Assembly (NCBI GenBank): GCA_964435635.1
Contig: CAYSZU010000001.1
Span: 450 to 64,449 of the forward strand
Origin: an uncultured Muribaculaceae bacterium
GTDB taxonomy: Bacteria > Bacillota_I > Bacilli_A > RF39 > UBA660
DNA length: 64,000 bases
Reading direction: 5' to 3'
The notes under the pieces were generated by a model, which was not told the DNA's origin, searched no databases, and saw nothing but the letters and a program-made list of their open reading frames with translations. A program made the position numbers and the translations under genes. Positions 61,011 through 64,000 of the stretch are shown one piece after another. Every line of letters starts with the position of its first letter. The first letter of the stretch is position 1.

Positions 61011-61151
61011 TTATAAACATCAGATTGTTGATATGTTGATAATATTTTATTAACTGTGAATTAAAATATGTTAATAGTGTTGATAAATTGTTTATTTTAA
61101 GTTATTATAACGAACAAGCGTGTGGACAACTTTGTTAATAGGTTGTTCACA
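61011..61151. other. oriC: DnaA-box cluster in the rpmH-dnaA intergenic region
   Basis: TGTTGATAA (rc TTATCAACA) at 61034-61042 and 61078-61086; TGTGGACAA (rc TTGTCCACA) at 61121-61129. Degenerate boxes: TTATAAACA at 61011-61019 and TTGTTCACA at 61143-61151. Gene strand bias flips here. Confidence 0.7.
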
Positions 61152-61229
61152 ACTTTAATTAGAAGTTTTGCTCTTTAATTTTTTGCACAGTTGAGATAAA
61201 ATAAAAGCACTTAGTGGTACGATCGTGGG

Positions 61230-62591
61230 GTGAGGAATTTGAACACTGAAAATTTATGGGAAAATTTTCTTAAAATCATTAGCGAAACAACTAATCCGGT
61301 TTCTTTTAGCGCGTGGTTTTCAAATTTAAAACTAATAAATGTTACTAACAACTCAATTACGATTCAAGTTCCGATGATTATTCATAAGAAGATGCTTGGC
61401 GAAAACTACTATTCTTTAATAGAAAATACTTTTTTTTCACTAACCGGAATTAATTATAATATTGATTTCATATTAGAAAATGAACCGGGATTAGAGAAAA
61501 ACCAAGCTCCTAATGAACAAATTATTAGAAATGATGAATTAGACTTTGATAGTAATTTAATAACACAATATTCTTTTGATAATTTTATTGTTGGTGATAC
61601 TAATCGCTTTGCTAAAACTGCCGCCTTAGCGGTAGCGGAAAAACCAGGTAAAATATATAATCCGCTTTTTATATATGGAAAAAGCGGCTTAGGTAAAACC
61701 CATTTAATGCATGCAATTGGTAATTATATTAATAATAATACCGATTTAAAGGTTTTATATACTACTAGTGATGATTTTAGAAATGATTTTATTGGTATTA
61801 CTAATGCTAATAACGGTGATAATGCTTTTGAATATTCTAGTAACTTTAAAAATAAATATCGTTGTGTTGATGTTTTAATTATCGATGATATTCAATATTT
61901 AGTAGGAGCCGAAAAAACCCAACAAGAATTTTTTCATACTTTTAATGAATTACAAAGAAATAATAAACAAATCATTATAAGTAGTGATCGTTCTCCGGAT
62001 GATTTAAAATTATTAGAAGAAAGATTGCGCTCACGTTTTGCCTGGGGATTAGCAGTTGATATTTATCCTCCTGATTTTGAACTAAGGTGTCGAATTATTA
62101 AAAATAAAATAGATCACACCAGTATAGCTAATCGAATAGAGAATGATGCAATTGAATATATTGCTAATAATTGTGAAAATGATGTAAGAGGAATAGAAGG
62201 AGCAATAAACAGGCTTGTTGCCTATACTGCAATGATTGTTCCTGAAGTTATTAATTTAGAATTTGTTAATGAAGCATTAAAGGACTATGTTAATAAAACA
62301 ATGTTTATAACTAACGATATTATTAATATTCAAAAAGTTGTGGCAGAATATTATAAATTAACTGTGGAAATACTAAAAAGTAAGAAGAGAAGTAATAATA
62401 TTTCTTATCCTCGCCAAATAGCTATGTATTTATCAAGAATGTTGACCGACGAATCGTTTCCTCGCATTGGTTTAGAGTTTGGCGGTAGAGATCATTCGAC
62501 AGTTATTCACGCTTGTGATAAAATAGAAGCAGATCTTAAAGAAAATAATAAATTAAAAGAGATTATTAATGAAATTAAAAATAAATTGTAG
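61230..62591 (+). CDS. dnaA: chromosomal replication initiator DnaA
   Basis: AAA+ GKSGLGKTHL and a C-terminal DnaA-box-binding HTH. The start is either the GTG at 61230 or the TTG at 61239. Confidence 0.93.
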   Translation: MRNLNTENLWENFLKIISETTNPVSFSAWFSNLKLINVTNNSITIQVPMIIHKKMLGENYYSLIENTFFSLTGINYNIDFILENEPGLEKNQAPNEQIIRNDELDFDSNLITQYSFDNFIVGDTNRFAKTAALAVAEKPGKIYNPLFIYGKSGLGKTHLMHAIGNYINNNTDLKVLYTTSDDFRNDFIGITNANNGDNAFEYSSNFKNKYRCVDVLIIDDIQYLVGAEKTQQEFFHTFNELQRNNKQIIISSDRSPDDLKLLEERLRSRFAWGLAVDIYPPDFELRCRIIKNKIDHTSIANRIENDAIEYIANNCENDVRGIEGAINRLVAYTAMIVPEVINLEFVNEALKDYVNKTMFITNDIINIQKVVAEYYKLTVEILKSKKRSNNISYPRQIAMYLSRMLTDESFPRIGLEFGGRDHSTVIHACDKIEADLKENNKLKEIINEIKNKL

Positions 62592-62723
62592 ATAAGTTGT
62601 TAATAAAAATAAGATTATTAACAAGTCAAAACCTCTATTTTTTTGATTAATATATAAGTTATAAACACTATCAGACTTATTATTAATATTATATATAAAA
62701 TAATAAAGAAAGAAGGAAAGTAA

Positions 62724-63842
62724 ATGAAGTTTTCAATTAAGAAGGAAGTTATTCTAGAAAATTTAAACTATGTCTCTAAAGCAATATCTAATAAAAATAT
62801 TATTCCTATTCTAAATGGAATTAGATTTGAACTAAATAGTAAAGGATTATATTTAACAGCAACGGATTCAGAATTAATTATAAAAACATTTATTGATAAA
62901 AAAGAGATTACAAATATAACAACTGAAGGATTAGTTATTATTCAAAGTAAATATCTTTTAGATATTATCAGAAAAATGCCAGGCAAAATAATAGATTTTG
63001 AATTAACAGATAGTTTAAAAATTAATATTGTTTCAGAAAATAGCCAATATAATTTAAATTGTCTAGATCCAAAAGAATATCCCCAAATAAAGATTGAAGA
63101 AAATAAAAATCCTTTAATTATAAAAAGCGATATTTTTAAATTAATTATTAATCAAACGTCTTTTGCAATATCAAATCAAGAATTAAGACCTTTATTAACA
63201 GGGATTAATTTTAAAGTTTCTGGTAAAATAATGGAAGTAATAGCAACGGATTCATATCGTTTGGCAAAGAAAAACATCATATTAGATCAACCAGCTGAAG
63301 ATGAAATAAATATTGTTATTCCTGGTAAAAATATTATTGAATTTGATCGAATTATTACTAATGATGAAGCAATTGAAATGCACATTTTTAATAATAAAGT
63401 AATATTTAAATATAAAAATATTATATTTCAAACAAATTTATTAAATGGAACATATCCAAATACAGCTAATTTAATTCCAAGTGAATTTGAAATTATTATT
63501 AATACCGATTTAAATAATTATTTTGCCGCCATTGATCGAGCAGCATTATTAACTCAAAGTAAAGACAAGAATATTGTAAAAATGAAAATTAAAAATAATT
63601 CAATGATTATTAATTCTTATGCTTCAGAAATAGGCAAAGTAGAAGAAAAATTAAAAATTGAAACATCTAAAGACGCTAATATAGATATCTCATTTAGTTC
63701 AAAATATATGTTAGATGCTTTAAAAACTTTTAAAGAAGAAGAAGTAATTATTTTATTAAATAGTGAAATTAAACCAATTGTCTTAAAATCAGTTAAAGAT
63801 GAATCTTTAATTCAATTAATACTACCAATTAAAACTTATTAA
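62724..63842 (+). CDS. dnaN: DNA polymerase III beta sliding clamp
   Basis: 372 aa with three-domain clamp architecture; located downstream of dnaA. Confidence 0.92.
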   Translation: MKFSIKKEVILENLNYVSKAISNKNIIPILNGIRFELNSKGLYLTATDSELIIKTFIDKKEITNITTEGLVIIQSKYLLDIIRKMPGKIIDFELTDSLKINIVSENSQYNLNCLDPKEYPQIKIEENKNPLIIKSDIFKLIINQTSFAISNQELRPLLTGINFKVSGKIMEVIATDSYRLAKKNIILDQPAEDEINIVIPGKNIIEFDRIITNDEAIEMHIFNNKVIFKYKNIIFQTNLLNGTYPNTANLIPSEFEIIINTDLNNYFAAIDRAALLTQSKDKNIVKMKIKNNSMIINSYASEIGKVEEKLKIETSKDANIDISFSSKYMLDALKTFKEEEVIILLNSEIKPIVLKSVKDESLIQLILPIKTY

Positions 63843-63868
63843 AACTATATTATTATAGTTTTTTTTTG
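63841..63868 (+). terminator. rho-independent terminator after dnaN
   Basis: AAAACTATA-TTAT-TATAGTTTT hairpin that includes the dnaN stop codon, followed by T9. Confidence 0.65.
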
Positions 63869-63954
63869 AAAAAAAATAGTAATCGACAAAATTCGACATA
63901 TTTCGACATTCTTTTTTGATATAAGGTTAAAAATTTATTAAGGAGGAATTTTTT

Positions 63955-64000
63955 TGAATAATTATGAGATATGTCAAGAAACATTATATTTAGAAGCAAG
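63955..64000 (+). CDS. 5' end of an unidentified ORF (runs off the window)
   Basis: AAGGAGG RBS at 63940-63946, then TTG AAT AAT TAT GAG ATA TGT CAA... open to the window end. Confidence 0.35.

Noticed and set aside
1-64000. Possibility that the organism uses the Mollicute code (UGA = Trp), given the AT-richness and the Mollicute-like rpoE and missing L30.
   Set aside because: About 95 long ORFs, including the 848-aa secA, the 658-aa ftsH and the 625-aa mnmG, are intact under the standard code. TGA clearly acts as a stop at the prfB frameshift site, and the presence of prfB (RF2 reads UGA) itself argues for UGA = stop.
1-64000. Searched for CRISPR arrays, tRNA/rRNA genes, transposases, integrases, restriction-modification, toxin-antitoxin or phage genes as signs of an accessory or defence island.
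   Set aside because: None found. No repeat-spacer periodicity and no cloverleaf-like GC-rich 75-nt segments in intergenic regions (all intergenics are short and AT-rich). No recombinase- or nuclease-like ORFs outside the housekeeping set. The window is core-genome.

Overview
This is an AT-rich Firmicute chromosomal window read with the standard genetic code; no in-frame TGA is needed in any long ORF. It is almost entirely conserved housekeeping DNA around the replication origin. From ~1 kb to ~61 kb nearly every gene is on the minus strand. At ~61.0-61.2 kb an AT-rich spacer with DnaA boxes is followed by dnaA and dnaN on the plus strand. That is the classic strand switch at oriC, with rpmH-rnpA-yidC-jag-mnmE-mnmG-rsmG-noc diverging to the left. 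Gene content in window order: (1) the S10-spc-alpha r-protein cluster, rpsJ...rpsM-rpsK, complete except that rpmD (L30) is absent. (2) A glycolytic cluster, kinase-gap / pgk-tpiA-spo0A-gpmI, in which a bona fide Spo0A homologue sits between tpiA and gpmI. Its first gene is a TGS + uridine-kinase fusion translationally coupled to gap, in the place where cggR is usually found. (3) whiA, ftsE-ftsX-M23 peptidase, two YitT-family paralogs, lemA, ung, an MBL hydrolase and a LysM-M23 peptidase. (4) dnaB helicase-rplI, rpsF-ssb-rpsR, ychF, abgT, parA-parB, ftsH-tilS. (5) prfB, with its programmed +1 frameshift fully visible in the sequence, secA, hpf, rpiB, murA, rpmE, prfA-prmC, rpoE. (6) A Noc-like ParB paralog carrying a ~190-aa disordered insert, then the origin cluster. 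No rRNA, tRNA, CRISPR, transposase, integrase or obvious defence island was found. The candidates for novelty are therefore modest: the embedded spo0A, the kinase fusion heading the gap operon, the extended Noc-like protein, an acidic tail on L3, three 10-bp-phased TCGACA repeats after dnaN, and a few orphan hypotheticals. Many genes end in rho-independent terminators whose stems overlap the stop codon.
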